The notes: a model not told the origin generated them from the letters alone. Counted from the first letter of the stretch, positions 38,450 to 52,790 are shown. The stretch: DNA of 64,000 nucleotides from Octopus sinensis (GCF_006345805.1 NC_043018.1:992001-1056000); one strand, 5' to 3'. Program-made: numbers and translations.

Positions 38450-38670
38450 TCGCTAGCCTCTGCACGCATTTTTTTCTCTTCTTTCTGTATTTCTTCTCTG
38501 TGTATTTTTCTGTTGAAGAGCGTATGCTCGAAACGTTAAAGACTTGTTTTATTTATATTTCCTGAGCGCCATACTAATACAATTGTTTGTTTGTATTCCA
38601 CCTGCCTTCGTCTTTTGTTTATTTCCGTAAACCTGCCTTCGTCTTTTGTCTATTTTCATAAAGCTTCCCG
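38450..38670 (+). mobile_element. ~200-bp repeat (probable Penelope-like pseudo-LTR) with a hammerhead-like fold
   Basis: Second copy at about 48210-48415; CTGTTGA-A-GAGC-GTAT-GCTC-GAAAC-GTT at 38510-38537. Confidence 0.55.
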
Positions 38671-38671
38671 T

Positions 38672-38733
<62 letters not shown>

Positions 38734-39518
38734 TTAAAAAATAATACTATACCTATGTGAATATATACAAGCATGTATATAAATGAGTAAAGAAAGGCAT
38801 GTGCCTATACATAAATACACGCACAGAAACACACATAACACACACACGCATATATATTTATATACATATATGTGCGTATATATGTGTGTGTATATATGCA
38901 TATATATATAGATACATATATAAATATATAAATATATAGATATAAATATATATATGCACATCTATGTTGTGTATATATATGTATATAAATGGTTATATAC
39001 ATACATATATATATATATGTACATGCATATATATATGTACATATGCATATATATGTAGATCTATGTTGTGTATATGTATGTATATAAATGGTTATATACA
39101 TACATACACACACACGCATATACATATATATATGCACATAATATTTATTTACATATGAACAGCAAAAATATAGACACGCATGCACACATACATACACTTC
39201 ACACACTTTTGATTTCTTCATCAGAGAACATGTTTGAACTTTGCAATAAGTATTTCTAATATATTTTATAACATGCACATGGATAAATTCACATACATAT
39301 ACATGTACTAACACACACACACAAATATATATATTTTCTTATTTTGAATTATGAATTTGTGGTAAAACATTTAACCTTTGCCCATATAATACAGTGAATG
39401 AATTGATTGCATTGCAATCCTTAACATTTATGTATTAACCTTGTTGGGCACTTCACTAGCAGTATATTGGATATATGTTATCCCATGGAGGGTTGAATTT
39501 ACAACCCCTATCTCAATT

Positions 39519-39559
<41 letters not shown>

Positions 39560-39713
39560 AAATTCACATACATATATATGTATTAACACACACACACAAA
39601 TATATATATATATATATACACATATATACATGCACACATACATGTATATATATATATATACATATATACATGCACAACATACATGTAAGATATATATACA
39701 TATATACATGCAC

Positions 39714-39765
<52 letters not shown>

Positions 39766-39769
39766 GCAC

Positions 39770-39803
<34 letters not shown>

Positions 39804-39917
39804 ACATGCATTCATACACATATGAGAGGGACAGGGAGAGACGACACAAAGAGAGTAAAAAATATGTTGAGAGACATACAAATAGATAGATAGATAGATA
39901 GATAAATCGAGAGAGAG

Positions 39918-39954
<37 letters not shown>

Positions 39955-40672
39955 TATGGCAAATTGATGAGTCGATAGACAAACTCACAAATGTGCATTG
40001 CTCTCTTCCTCCAAGATATATTTCGTCTTCTTTTACTCTCCGCACGACTTCGTTATTTTCTTTTTATGCTATATCATACACACTCACTTATCCATTGCAT
40101 CCACTTCTCGAAGGTCAATAACAGGACAAAGGCAAAAAAAAAAAACAAAGATGAAGTTTACACTGCGTGCTTCGGTAGGAAAATTATTTCACTTGATTGT
40201 TCATAAAGTAACAAGGAAACATAGGCATCAGATTAATAAATATTATATCCCTTCTAGTATACATGAATATGTCCATCCAGAGAATAGCCTATAAAATTCT
40301 TGGAGGTTTGCAATGTTTATTATAGACTCTATCGGATTGTTTGTGAAGATAGCAAAAACCAAATCTCTCGGAAATATCTTGCTTACTTCATACGAGGAAC
40401 CTGACTTAATAAGAATTATATGGAGATAGTTAGCAAATAGTAAGGAAATCGTAATGTTATTCACCGATTGTATTCGCAAAACAACTAAATAAACAATCAC
40501 TTTTTTTCTCATGTGAAATGAAACTCTCGGCAAAATTATAGATATCTAATATATTTTTTTTTTTATGCCTGACAATAAATATTGCAACATCCCGATTCTT
40601 TGGTTTGCTGTAGATTAATACGTTATCGAAAACCAACAACGGTACACACACACACACGCACACACACACACA

Positions 40673-40716
<44 letters not shown>

Positions 40717-40739
40717 ATACACACACACACACACATCTA

Positions 40740-40941
40740 TATAGTAAAGATTATTTGCCAACATAATGTGGTAGTCCTGATTAGGACGAATGTTACTGTT
40801 TTTCTTCCTAATCAGTACTGCCGCATTATGTTGGCATATAATCTTTACTCTAGACTCTAGAGTAAACATTTACTCTAGACTCTAGAGGAACATTCAGTAA
40901 CAGTACTCTAGAGTCTAGAGTACTGTTACTGAATGTTCCTC
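40740..40941. repeat. Cluster of nested palindromes
   Basis: Hairpin 40740-40786 / 40806-40852; perfect 28-bp-arm palindrome 40885-40941; three CTCTAGA-N-TCTAGAG centres. Confidence 0.95.
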
Positions 40942-40984
40942 GTTCAGAAATTTAGAAATAATAATAATCATAATAATAATAATA

Positions 40985-41037
<53 letters not shown>

Positions 41038-41453
41038 GTGAGTGTGTGTGTGTATAAGTATGTCTATAACTTTATGTGTATGTATCAATATATATTATTG
41101 AGATAACAGATGTTTCAACCAAAGATTGCTCCAGCCCATGTCTAACTTAACAGCATGTATACATACAGATGTAAATAGAGTGAGAGAGAGAAAGAGAGAG
41201 AGAGAGGAGAGTAAAGACAGAGAGGTACATACTGAGAGTGGGGTACACACGGAAAGTGAGAGAGGTTAACAATTGCGTTGCGATGTCACGATATTTATAA
41301 GTTTATTTCGAAATATAGCAGGCTTACATATTACAAGACTACTGGAAGTCGTAGGAAACATAATTCATTATATGTGTGAAAATGACTACGGGTTCATCGT
41401 GCCTTGCTAACATCTCAAAAATAATATTACGTATCGCGGTACTTCGTAATAGT

Positions 41454-41770
41454 GAGGGCGCGTGGCTTAGTGGTTAGGGCATTCGGCTCATGATCGTAAG
41501 GTTGTGAGTTCGATTCCCGGCGACGCGTTGTGTCCTTGAGCAAGACACTTTATTTCACGTTGCTCCAGTCCACTCAGCTGGCAAAAATGAGTTGTACTTG
41601 TATTTGAAAGGGTCAGCCTTGTCATTCTCTGTGTCACGCTGATTATCCCCGAAAACTACGTTAAGGGTACACGTGTCTGTGGAATGCTCAGCCATTTGCA
41701 CGTTAATTTCACGAGCAAGCTGTTCCGTTGATCGTATCAGCTGGGACCCTCGTCGTCGCAACCGGCGGAG
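41454..41770 (+). mobile_element. tRNA-derived SINE family C, full length
   Basis: GGCGCGTGGCTTAGTGGTTAG (A box) ... GTGAGTTCGATTCCC (B box) ... GTCCTTGAGCAAGACACTTTA. Confidence 0.85.
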
Positions 41771-42502
41771 TCTTTTTTTAAACTTCGTAATAAGGAATCT
41801 TAAAAATTATATCGATATTGCTATACAAGTTATTTCAAAATTTTGTTTTACAATATTTACTAGAACAGTGAGTTTAAGGAACATGATTTGCAAACATGTT
41901 TTCGTGTTCGGTTCTTCTGCGTTGCACATTGGTCTAAACTGTTTTTTTATTATTATTTTAGCTCCGGGACGATCAATGTCTGTTAAATTTTATTTGGTAG
42001 AAAAAGTTGTGGCATCCCAAGGATTATACGAAGTCGAGTCACAAGAATTTTTTTATTATTATTTCAAGCTTTAAATATACTATCCTAATTGTATGAATAA
42101 TTTTATTCCTCTGTCTTACCAATTTTCCTTCACTATTTTGTGCACTTGATTTATTTTTGAATGCCGTATAACAGGGTTGCCACCGGCAAAGATTTATTCA
42201 TTTCTGTTTGCACATCGGCCACCCTTATTTTCACCCCCTTCCGATCGAGCTATGCCTGAATTAGCCACAACTCCTTATTTGTAAGGGTTGTTATTGCGCT
42301 TTCTTTGGTCTTATGAGTTTTATCCACCAGATTAGTTATAGTTGTTTTTTTAATCTGGGCCTGCTTTACTCGATCCAGTCTTCTGGATTTTGATGAAATA
42401 CATATATATATATAATAGTTCTATATACGCCAGACGATAAAACAAATTATTATTATTATTATTATTATATTATTATTATTATTTATTATTATTATTATTA
42501 TT

Positions 42503-42561
<59 letters not shown>

Positions 42562-42562
<1 letters not shown>

Positions 42563-42732
42563 CTTTTCTACTACAGGCAAAAGACCTGAAATTTGTGGGA
42601 GGCGACTAGTCGATTACTCGACTCCCGTGTTTCACTGGTACTTAATTTATCGAGCGCGAATTGATGAAAGGTGAAATCGACCCCGGTGGAATTTGAACAC
42701 GGAACGTAGCGACAGGTAAAATACTGCTAAGA
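42562..42732 (-). mobile_element. SINE family B variant
   Basis: Core domain on the minus strand next to a TAA array. Confidence 0.75.
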
Positions 42733-43764
42733 AGAAGAAGAAGAACAAGATGATGATGATGATCATCATCATCATCATCATTTCATTTATTGAGCAAAAA
42801 AAAAGTGGAAAAGTTTGGAGTCACTAATAACCGCAGGAGCCGCTGTCTCGTTCTTTCAGTCTTTGAACCCACAACCAAAAAAAATATAGCTGATTTCGGT
42901 GGCATTTGAACTCACAATACAGAGAGTCGAAAAATGTATCGCAATTAATTTCATGACGAAACTAATAGATAGTATCATCTTAAACAATAAACAAAGCAAT
43001 CTCTAATGAACGACAACTAGAACAAAATACACAACAGCAGCAGCAGAAGCGAAGACAACAACATGAATATCGACATCAATGGCGATGGGAGAAATGTATA
43101 AACAAAACAAAAGTTTCAGGTGGAATCATTTGCAGAAGTAATTAAGACGAACACAGATGAATGAAAAACGAAGAGGAGGAGAAGCATAAGTGAGTAGGGT
43201 GGAAGTAGGTGGAAGAGAAACGATGAACAAGCTGCAAAGATCGTAGCCAAAGATCAATTAAGGTTGGCCTCAGAAAAGAGCAGCGGTATGTTAAACGGTC
43301 GTTCTTTGGCTGCCGGGTTCTGTTGGCAGCGAGAATGATGGCTATCAGCCAAGTAAGATAGTCACGGAACATTGATTTCTGGAGAGATGCGATACGGCAT
43401 CAATCAGTAATAAAGTATTTGTGCGGAGTCGATATTTCTCGATGCATATCAAAGACACCTACAAGCTTCTCCTGTCGTGTTTATTATAGCAAACTGACTG
43501 TAACTATAAAACTAACCCAAATATGTTGACCTTATAATAATATGTCCGATACATACATAAAATTTAGAGAAAACTAGGTTTCATTCGACATATGTTGATT
43601 TTATATACTTTTATTTTTAAACAGTTATTTTTTTTTTATTTAGAGGAATAAATTTTTATACTTTTCAAAATAATATTTGCCCAGAATAATTTTCTGCTAT
43701 CAATTTTCGTTAATTTTCTCATAGAAACTTATAAAACTGTGTCGCTATATCAAAAGTACGAAAA

Positions 43765-43904
43765 GAAGCTTTCTTCCCAACCACAAGGTGCAAGGTTCAG
43801 CCCCATAGCATGGCAAATTTTGCAGGAGTCTTCTCCAAAACCTCGGGCTGATGACAGTCTTGTGAGTGGATTTGGTAGACGGAAACTGAAAGAAGCTCGT
43901 CGTA

Positions 43905-43905
<1 letters not shown>
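43765..43905 (+). mobile_element. Diverged SINE A head; part of it is duplicated at 44470-44550
   Basis: Shared private variants. Confidence 0.75.
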
Positions 43906-43942
<37 letters not shown>

Positions 43943-44584
43943 GAAATAGAAAGATGAATAATCTTGTTGCAGATTAATCAAAAGTTTAACCGATACCTTG
44001 GTAGCAAAAATCACAGCAGAAGACAGCACGGTTGGAGGTACAACCATATGGTGTTGCTACCATGCGTTGGTGCGGATAATTGAATTTTAATATTATTAGT
44101 GAATTGAAGAAATGGAGTTGAACGAAGATTGAACAAAAATCGTTTTATTGCATTCTACACGTGTTTCGAAAGCCACAATTTACCAAATTCCGATTGAATA
44201 AGGAGACCATATTGTGTCTTTCTCTTCAGGAAGAAATAGGAAATCCGTTGGCAAAAACAGAAACAGAACAGAGGCGGAGCAAAACAAATCGAACGAGGCT
44301 CCTAAGAGCCCATGGCCAAACTGTTTATCAATGTATGTTGAAATCGGGTGGTGGGTGCGTTGAAGATTTTAACAGGTCAGGCAGCGGTCATTCCGGTGGG
44401 TGAGAGCACGGGGTGCGTAGATGTTCTTTGTGACCGAGACTAAAGTTCTGACTATTTAAAGAATATCCGTGGCAAATTTTGCAGGAGTTTTCTCCAAAAC
44501 CTCAGGCTGATGACAGTCTTGTGAGTGGGTTTGATAGCGGAAACTGAAAGGAGATAGATCAAATAAAGACAGACATACGGATTA

Positions 44585-44765
44585 AGTCGATTATATCTAT
44601 GACTTTACTACCCACAAGGGGCTAAACACAGAGGGGACAAACAAGGACAGACAAACGGATTAGTCGATTACGTCAACCCCAGTGCATAACTGATACTTAA
44701 TTTATCGACCCGGAAAGGATGAAAGGCAAAGTCGACCTCGGCGAAATTTGAACTCAGAACGTAGA
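44585..44765 (-). mobile_element. SINE family B
   Basis: Matches the consensus. Confidence 0.85.
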
Positions 44766-45304
44766 GGCTACTGTCACAAATTTCTCATTGTCATACCTTT
44801 ATATTCTCTCATGTCATTCTTCAACCCTTCATTTCTCTCGTTTTCATCATCCCCATCCTCTATTTATTCCGTGCTCTCCGTTATAAACATTACAAGCAAA
44901 AGTACACTATTATTGTATTTTAGGATATACAAACAGTTACACGTAGACAGACTTCATAAACTCATTCTAAATCTATGCAAATAGCTACATGGATCTATGC
45001 AAACGTATATAGACATGTATTTATATGGGTGTATATATTTACACATGTATCGTCCTCGATCCACTGTTTTATGCATGTTTATATGCATATAATTATTTGT
45101 TCACTACTATGTATGTGCCTGTATACATATACACCTATGCACCCACACTCACACATTATATATATATATATACATATATATAAATATATATATATATACT
45201 TATATATAAATATATACATATATACATATATATAGATATATATGTATATATATATATATACAATATATATATTTATATGTATACATACACTTATATATAT
45301 ATAT

Positions 45305-45348
<44 letters not shown>

Positions 45349-45414
45349 GTATGCATACATATAAATATATATATATGTATACATATATATATTTATATGT
45401 ATACATACACTTAT

Positions 45415-45459
<45 letters not shown>

Positions 45460-45930
45460 GTATGCATACATATAAATATATATATATATATACATATATA
45501 CATATATATATTTATATGTATACATACATTTATATATATATATATATACACCAACACAGATATATTCATGTGTCTGTATTTGCCTGCATCTGATTCTCTT
45601 TGTGTATGCGTGTGTTCATGCACGTAAGCGTATGTATGTGTCTGTGTTCGCTTGTGTGTGCAATTCTATATAGGTATGCAGGTACTTACGCACGCATATT
45701 AAATTTGTCTCGAGACGCTGCAATATTCCCTTGAGAGAGCGGAAGTACATGAAACTATGCCGAAATCAAGACGAGTGGTATTTCCTGCGATAAACTCTGT
45801 GTATCGTGCAAATTTAAACAATGAATGAATGGCGACCAGATTTCCGGAAACGAAGAAATATTCAATTGTTTCCAATCAGAGCAGAGACAAAGAGTGCTAA
45901 ACGAAAAATTTCACGCTACTCGAAATCATT

Positions 45931-46343
45931 GAGTGGCTGTGTGGTAAGTAGCTTGCTAACCAACCATATGGTTCCGGGTTCAGTCCCACTGCGTGGCATC
46001 TTGGGCAAGTGTCTTCTGCTATAGCCCCGGGCCGACCAATGCCTTGTGAGTGGATTTGGTAGACGGAAACTGAAAGAAGCCTGTCGTATATATGTATATA
46101 TATACATAAGTGTGTGTGTATATGTTTGTGGTGTGTCTGTGTTTGTCCCCCTAGCATTGCTTGACAACCGATGCTGGTGTGTTTACGTCCCCGTCACTTA
46201 GCGGTTCGGCAAAAGAGACCGATAGAATAAGTACTGGGCTTGCGAAGAATAAGTCCCGGGGTCGATTTGCTCGACTAAAGGTGGTGCTCCAGCATGGCCT
46301 CAGTCAAATGACTGAAACAAATAAAAGAGTAAAGAGTAAAGAG
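45931..46343 (+). mobile_element. SINE family A, near full length
   Basis: Matches the consensus. Confidence 0.9.
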
Positions 46344-46394
46344 TATACACAGTACCCACTATTTGTAACATCATCGTTGGATGGCCTGAAAATT

Positions 46395-46970
46395 TGGGTG
46401 AGTGGAATAGTCGATTATATCGACCCCCAGTACTCAGCTGGTATTTATTTTATCAACTTCGAGATGAAAGCGAAGTCGACCTCGGCGGAATTTGAACTCA
46501 GAACATGGAGACGGACGAAATATCTCTAAGTACTCGCCCGGCGGCTAACGATTCTTTTCTATTCTAGACACAAGGCCCGAAATTTTGGGGGAGGGGCCAG
46601 TCGATTAGACGACCCCAGTACGCAAATGGTACTTGATTTATCGACCCCAAAAGAATGAAATGCAAAGTAAACCTCGGCTGAATTTGAACTCATAACATAA
46701 AGACAGACGAAATAGCGCTAAGCATTTCGACCGAAGCTCACTGCGGTACCAAAATCTATATAATTTCCTTTTCCACTCTAGGCACGCAGCCCGAAATTTT
46801 GGAGGAGGGGGCCAGTCGATTAGACGATCCCAGTACGCAACTGGTACTTAATTTATCAGCCCCGAAAAGCAAAGTAGACCTCGGCCGAATTTGAACTCAG
46901 AACGTTAAGACAGACGAAATACCCCTAAGCATTTCAGGCAGTATGCTAACGCTCCTGCCCGCTCGCCGCC
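46395..46970 (-). mobile_element. Three tandem SINE B-variant copies
   Basis: GACCCCAGTA...GACCTCGGC.GAATTTGAACTCA core repeated three times. Confidence 0.85.
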
Positions 46971-48159
46971 ATCAACGTCTATCATATCAACAGCAGAAAC
47001 ATTATCGCTCTGACTGATTTTAATTGCTGGAGACAAAACAAATGTAACGGCGATAATCACCACTCCAACTCCATCAACGTAATGATGAATATTCATAACT
47101 ATATTACTAGTCGAGAGATGAATCACGGCTCTCCTTAGCGGTCGAGTGTCCATCATTGACAAAACCAAGGCTTGTCGAAATCATATCTGGTTGGCTTGTC
47201 ACTGGAGGTGGTAAGGATTTACCCCCCTGTTGGCAATACAAGAAAGAGTGAATTTTGCACCGGAAATCTAATATGAGTGTTTTTTTCATGGTAAGTACCA
47301 CTGCATAAATTAAGTTGTATCAGAACATACACGTTTCGAATGGGAATTAATATATTACCATCACTAGCACAAAAGTTATGACAATGATCACTATAACCGT
47401 CGTAAGCTGAATGATCTTTGAACAGCCACACTAGTACTGAGTTCCAGAGTCGTTTTAAATTCATTGTATGCCTCCCGGGGAAAATCAATATACTAGGTGC
47501 TATAATATTTATGCATTGAATTCAAGCCAAATTATATACAAACTAGCACGGGGACCCTTGACTGATGAGGCCCCTGCGCAACTTCGCATTAATTAATGTC
47601 TTAAAGCGGCACTTCTAATTCTACCTCTGCAAACACATGACCGCTACTCTAAGCACAACCATCATGAGCTCCGAAAAGTCTAAAACACTTATAACATCAA
47701 CTCTACACCGTCAGCCCTCCTATTATGACAACGCCATCACCTCTGCTGCTATTTCGCCTACACCTAACACCAGAAACCGAACAAGTAAGCATAATCTGGG
47801 ACCTGAAACATTTTCTCGGACATTTCACTTGACTAAACAAAATAGTCTTTAACACTTCTATATTCATGATTCGCAACTCTATGTTTTTGTCTCGGAGCAA
47901 TATACCTAGAAAGCATTAAAAGTGTTATTCGTTCACTACTATCAAGCAGGTGTCTCTTTCTGTGGAGAGAAATATAGTAGAGAAACAATGCATCTATGTT
48001 CACCCTGTTTTTCGTCTCAAAGGCCATGTCATTATATCTGCATCGCTCCCGTAGAAGATCGAATAATCTTGTCGCTCATTTACACAATGAATACACAAAT
48101 GCTTGCAAGCATATACATACATAGGTGTGTGTGCGTATGTACATTTATTTATCTGTCTG

Positions 48160-48209
<50 letters not shown>

Positions 48210-48210
<1 letters not shown>

Positions 48211-48412
48211 CCATGATAGATCGTTAGCCACTACACACATTTTTTCTCTCCTTGTTTCTCTCCTTGTTTTTTCTGTGTCCCTTTCTGTAGAAGAGCGTAG
48301 GCTCGAAACATAAAAGGCTTTTTCTATTCCTGAGCGTTATACTAATACATCTGTTCGTTTTGTACACCACCTGTCTTCGTCTTTTGTTTTGTTTTTTTCG
48401 TAAACTCTCCCT

Positions 48413-48415
<3 letters not shown>
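48210..48415 (+). mobile_element. Second copy of the 38450-38670 repeat with a hammerhead-like fold
   Basis: CCTTT-CTGTAGA-A-GAGC-GTAG-GCTC-GAAAC-ATA-AAAGG at 48280-48317. Confidence 0.55.
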
Positions 48416-48462
<47 letters not shown>

Positions 48463-48543
48463 CTATACATACATGATATATACATATGTACGAGTATATA
48501 TTTAGGCATCTACATATATATGATATTGAACGTAAATTTATGC

Positions 48544-48585
<42 letters not shown>

Positions 48586-49453
48586 CTGTGCGTCTATGTG
48601 TGTGCGTATGGGGGTGTATTTCTTGTTAGATAGATTAATACATACATATATTTAATGGTACATATGTATATATGTGTTTATATAAAGTCTATACAGATGA
48701 ACAGTATGGTAAACAACCCAAAGGATATATTTTTAAATAGATGCATATAGCAAGCGCCAACGCAATTGTTTTTCTCGTTGTAAGATAGTTATAAGACCTG
48801 ACGAAAATATTTTTTCAGCCAGAGGACAAATGAAAGAATTCATTTTAAACACATTTTGGAAATGTTCCTTATTAATCCATTCGTTTTTTGTGTGTGTGTG
48901 TGTGTGTTTGTGTGTGTAAGTTTATGTGTATGTGTGTGAGTGTGTGTGTGTGTTATGCTGAAACGTCCTACGGCAAAAAGCATAAACAAGTTCGTATTTA
49001 ACTTATTTGGAGCAGTAAATTATAAATATCTCTCCAAATACCAGTTTCTTGAATTGGTTAAGGTTACTTATTTGGGGTATCTTCGTATTTATTTATTCGC
49101 TCTAAGCTATACGATAATCGAGTTCTATGTGTGAATAAATATATTGTATTTTCCTTAATATTTATAATTCACATCTCTAAGCATAGGTTAAATACAAACA
49201 TTTATTGAAGTTTTCAGAAGATCGTGTGTTCTTATTAATATTCTTATTGCTACAGCTTTGCTTTAATTGATTATTGAACTTCAATTTATATTGTTTCTGG
49301 TGTATTCTTTAGTTAAGCGATTCCACTGTCGATCGCTGAGTGATATCATCGGATTTCACGAATAACTAATTTCCATCATTTTAAAAATTCCGTGTGCTGA
49401 TGTGTATTATATGATGAGGACGATTGAACTGTGGTATTCATAATTTTGGAGTC

Positions 49454-49692
49454 AGGTTAGGTTAGGTTAAGTTACGTTAATTTTTTGGCTCAAAAAGCAA
49501 AAAGCAAGTCCATGTAGGGGGACATGGAGTTATGTACAGGGAGGGTGTTCATGTAAAGAGTTCAGGCCATTTCTGGTCAAGAGAGACTTTGAACCGAGCG
49601 GTCGTCGGCATCTTCACTATCTCGTCCGGCAGCTTATTCCACGGATCCGCAACCCGAACGGAGAACTCCCCTCTCCTTCGTTTCAGATGAAA
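49454..49692 (-). mobile_element. 5'-truncated CR1/L2-type LINE 3' end
   Basis: FHLKRRRGEFSVRVADPWNKLPDEIVKMPTTARFKVSLDQKWPELFT* (49549-49692) fits R..FS.RV...WN.LP..V....FK..LD; (AACCT)n tail. Confidence 0.85.
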
Positions 49693-51011
49693 TCATAGCA
49701 GTTGGAGCGTTTCAGAGTCAATAAAATAAGGACTAGTTGAGCACCGAGGTCGATGTAATCGACTTACTATCTCACCCCAAATTGTTGGCCTTCTGCTAAA
49801 ATTTAAAATGAATGGTTATAGAGCTGATTAAGGTGAAGCAATCGGGCACGAACCTTCTTTATCAAGTTCTAAATGCGGTACTCGGTCATTTTTGCCCATC
49901 AGCTAATACTCATACAGTGAACAACATAATCACTAAACACCAGTGTCTTAGTGACGAATTAGTCACCAAAAAGTCTACATGAATGACTTCACTGTTGATA
50001 TGTCTAACGTAAAGTCTTGTGTTATATCCATTAATATGCAACCGTAGAGGAAAACAGATTTCTTTTTATTCTTTGCTGTAGTCCACTTCGATGATGTGTC
50101 AAATGTATATATATATATGAAACTGTATAATGAAGGTTGTGTATGCACGACCTTACATGAGATTTGCAAAATCCCAAGGGTTAATGCAAGGAGACAACAA
50201 CTGATGTTTCTTTATGACACTATGATTTGTATTTATTTATTCATTTTGAAACCCTGTACAATCTCGTGAAACCTCGTGTATTCAAACCCAAACGGAGACG
50301 AGTACCGAAGTTCCCATATGGAAGTTCCAAGGCATATACGCACATGATATATACCTCTGTGTGTGTGTGAGTTTGTCTGTGTGTGAGTGTGTGTGTGTGT
50401 GAGTGTGTGTGCGTTCCTTATCCCCCATGTACTCAATGCAAATATAGGTTGTACATATTTCAGATAATTCAGAAAAACACTCTCCACCCTTTGCCATTGA
50501 ATGCGATACACGTATCTAATTACGATAGACAAGAGTGGAACATTTATAACGTAAATTTACTTATGACATGAATTTATATATAAATGAATGCACAAAATAA
50601 AATATTTGTCGATAGTTGACTACTGGTTAGAACAGAAACACCGAATATAAAACAAAATTGAAAATAATGAATCGCATACATGGAAGAGAAATTAGCAAAT
50701 ATAACAGAAATGAAAAACATATATATCTTTATTAGTATGCTGTATATTACATATGTTTTCTTTAAATATATTCCCATTATTTTTCAATTGTCTCATATTT
50801 AATGTGTAAATTATAGTACTTTGCAACTTATAACTGATAATCTATAAATATTTTATACTATAAATATCTATTTTCCATCGTATTTCAGTTACGTGAGCAG
50901 TGATAAACGCAGGAATGCGACAAGACAGGGGTGGATATATCAGCAAATACGAATCAACCTATGTACTGACGTGCGTATACACACGTGAATATACATACAA
51001 AAATATATGTA

Positions 51012-51047
<36 letters not shown>

Positions 51048-51131
51048 GGTGTGTGTGTGTTGTGTGTATAGGTATACATACATATAAATATATATTTATA
51101 TTGGTATATATGTGTATTATATATAAATATG

Positions 51132-51181
<50 letters not shown>

Positions 51182-51237
51182 TATACACTCATGCATTTAT
51201 ATGTACGTAGATAAATATGTACATTTGTAGGTATGTA

Positions 51238-51268
<31 letters not shown>

Positions 51269-51994
51269 TTATATATGTATATATATGTATGTATATATAT
51301 ATATGTATGTATATACATATATTCGTACATGTATATTATATACGTAGATGAATATGTATACTTGTAGGTATGTATATGTATATATATGTATGTGCGTGTA
51401 TATATATTTATATATATGTATGTATGTATATATGCGTATACATACATATTTATATATGGACATACCTATATAAGTAGGTGTGTGTGTGTACGAATGTATT
51501 TATATTATAGCCAGACAAGTAGAAATTAGACAAACGGCACTGATACAAATTTATGCAAACATCAATGTTATGTCTTCACTAGCAGAAGATATAATTAAAA
51601 TAAAAAACAAATTAAATGTACGAATTTCAGGAAAAAGAAAAACGACAGAAAAATATATATGGAAATAAATAAATTTGATATTTTCATTGTAAAGCAAATA
51701 GATAAAAATATCAAATGTATATCTCAAATACAACCGAGATAAAATTATATGAATGTATAAAACCAGCTCAGAAATAGTTTGAAACCAAAGCGAAGATTTA
51801 ATTATAACATGGTTTTATAATTTTTCGTCGTCATTCCATTGTGAAATTGCCTAAAAATGGTAATTCGATTTAAAAGTAACATGGAACATTCTTCGCCACT
51901 AAAAGTAAGAAATTTTCTTTCACTCCTTCTGTCAGTATCTCTCTGTCTCGCACATTCTCACTCCACATCTTGCTTGGCATTTCTCTAGATATTA

Positions 51995-52013
51995 TCTGTC
52001 TATCTATCAATCC

Positions 52014-52102
<89 letters not shown>

Positions 52103-52111
52103 CCTACCTAC

Positions 52112-52184
<73 letters not shown>

Positions 52185-52320
52185 ACTCTATCACTATCTA
52201 TCTATCTCTCTATCTATCACTTTATCACTCTATTTATCTACTCTATATTACTTACTCTATCCTCTATCACTATCTCTTCTCTCTCTCTCTCTCTCTCTCT
52301 ATCCCTCTGTCTTTTTCTTC

Positions 52321-52345
<25 letters not shown>
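51995..52345. repeat. (TATC)n grading into (TC)n
   Basis: Direct reading. Confidence 0.9.
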
Positions 52346-52363
<18 letters not shown>

Positions 52364-52676
52364 GATATATTCATATACATATATACATGCATAGATATAC
52401 ATACACACGTACGTACAAACATATAAACTCACATACACACACTTGAGTAGTTGTGAGTATGGTTCTGGACAATTCGTAATATTTTTAGTATAATTCACTG
52501 AAATAACATTAAACCAATCTTAAAATAACAAGACAACTGATCTATGAACTTGAGAATTTAATATAAAATATTTGGGAAAATAAATTATATCATTAGATCC
52601 AGTGAGTTTCCCATTCTCCTGGTTTATATATTCCACACATCAACAAACGCATATACGCAAAAGCAGAAGTACAAAG

Positions 52677-52744
<68 letters not shown>

Positions 52745-52747
52745 CTT

Positions 52748-52790
<43 letters not shown>

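Noticed and set aside
43180-43370. ~45-codon + frame (KRNDEQAAKIVAKDQLRL...) with a GTATGT donor
   Set aside because: No acceptor or homology recognised
47385-47480. TTLELSTSVAVQRSFSLRRL resembling the hAT dimerisation motif (minus strand)
   Set aside because: Too short and degenerate; no flanking transposase similarity
47541-47600. CTGATGA as a hammerhead core, or CTAG plus hairpin as a Helitron end
   Set aside because: No stem II-GAAA follows the core; the hairpin is only 3 nt from CTAG and no matching 5' end was found
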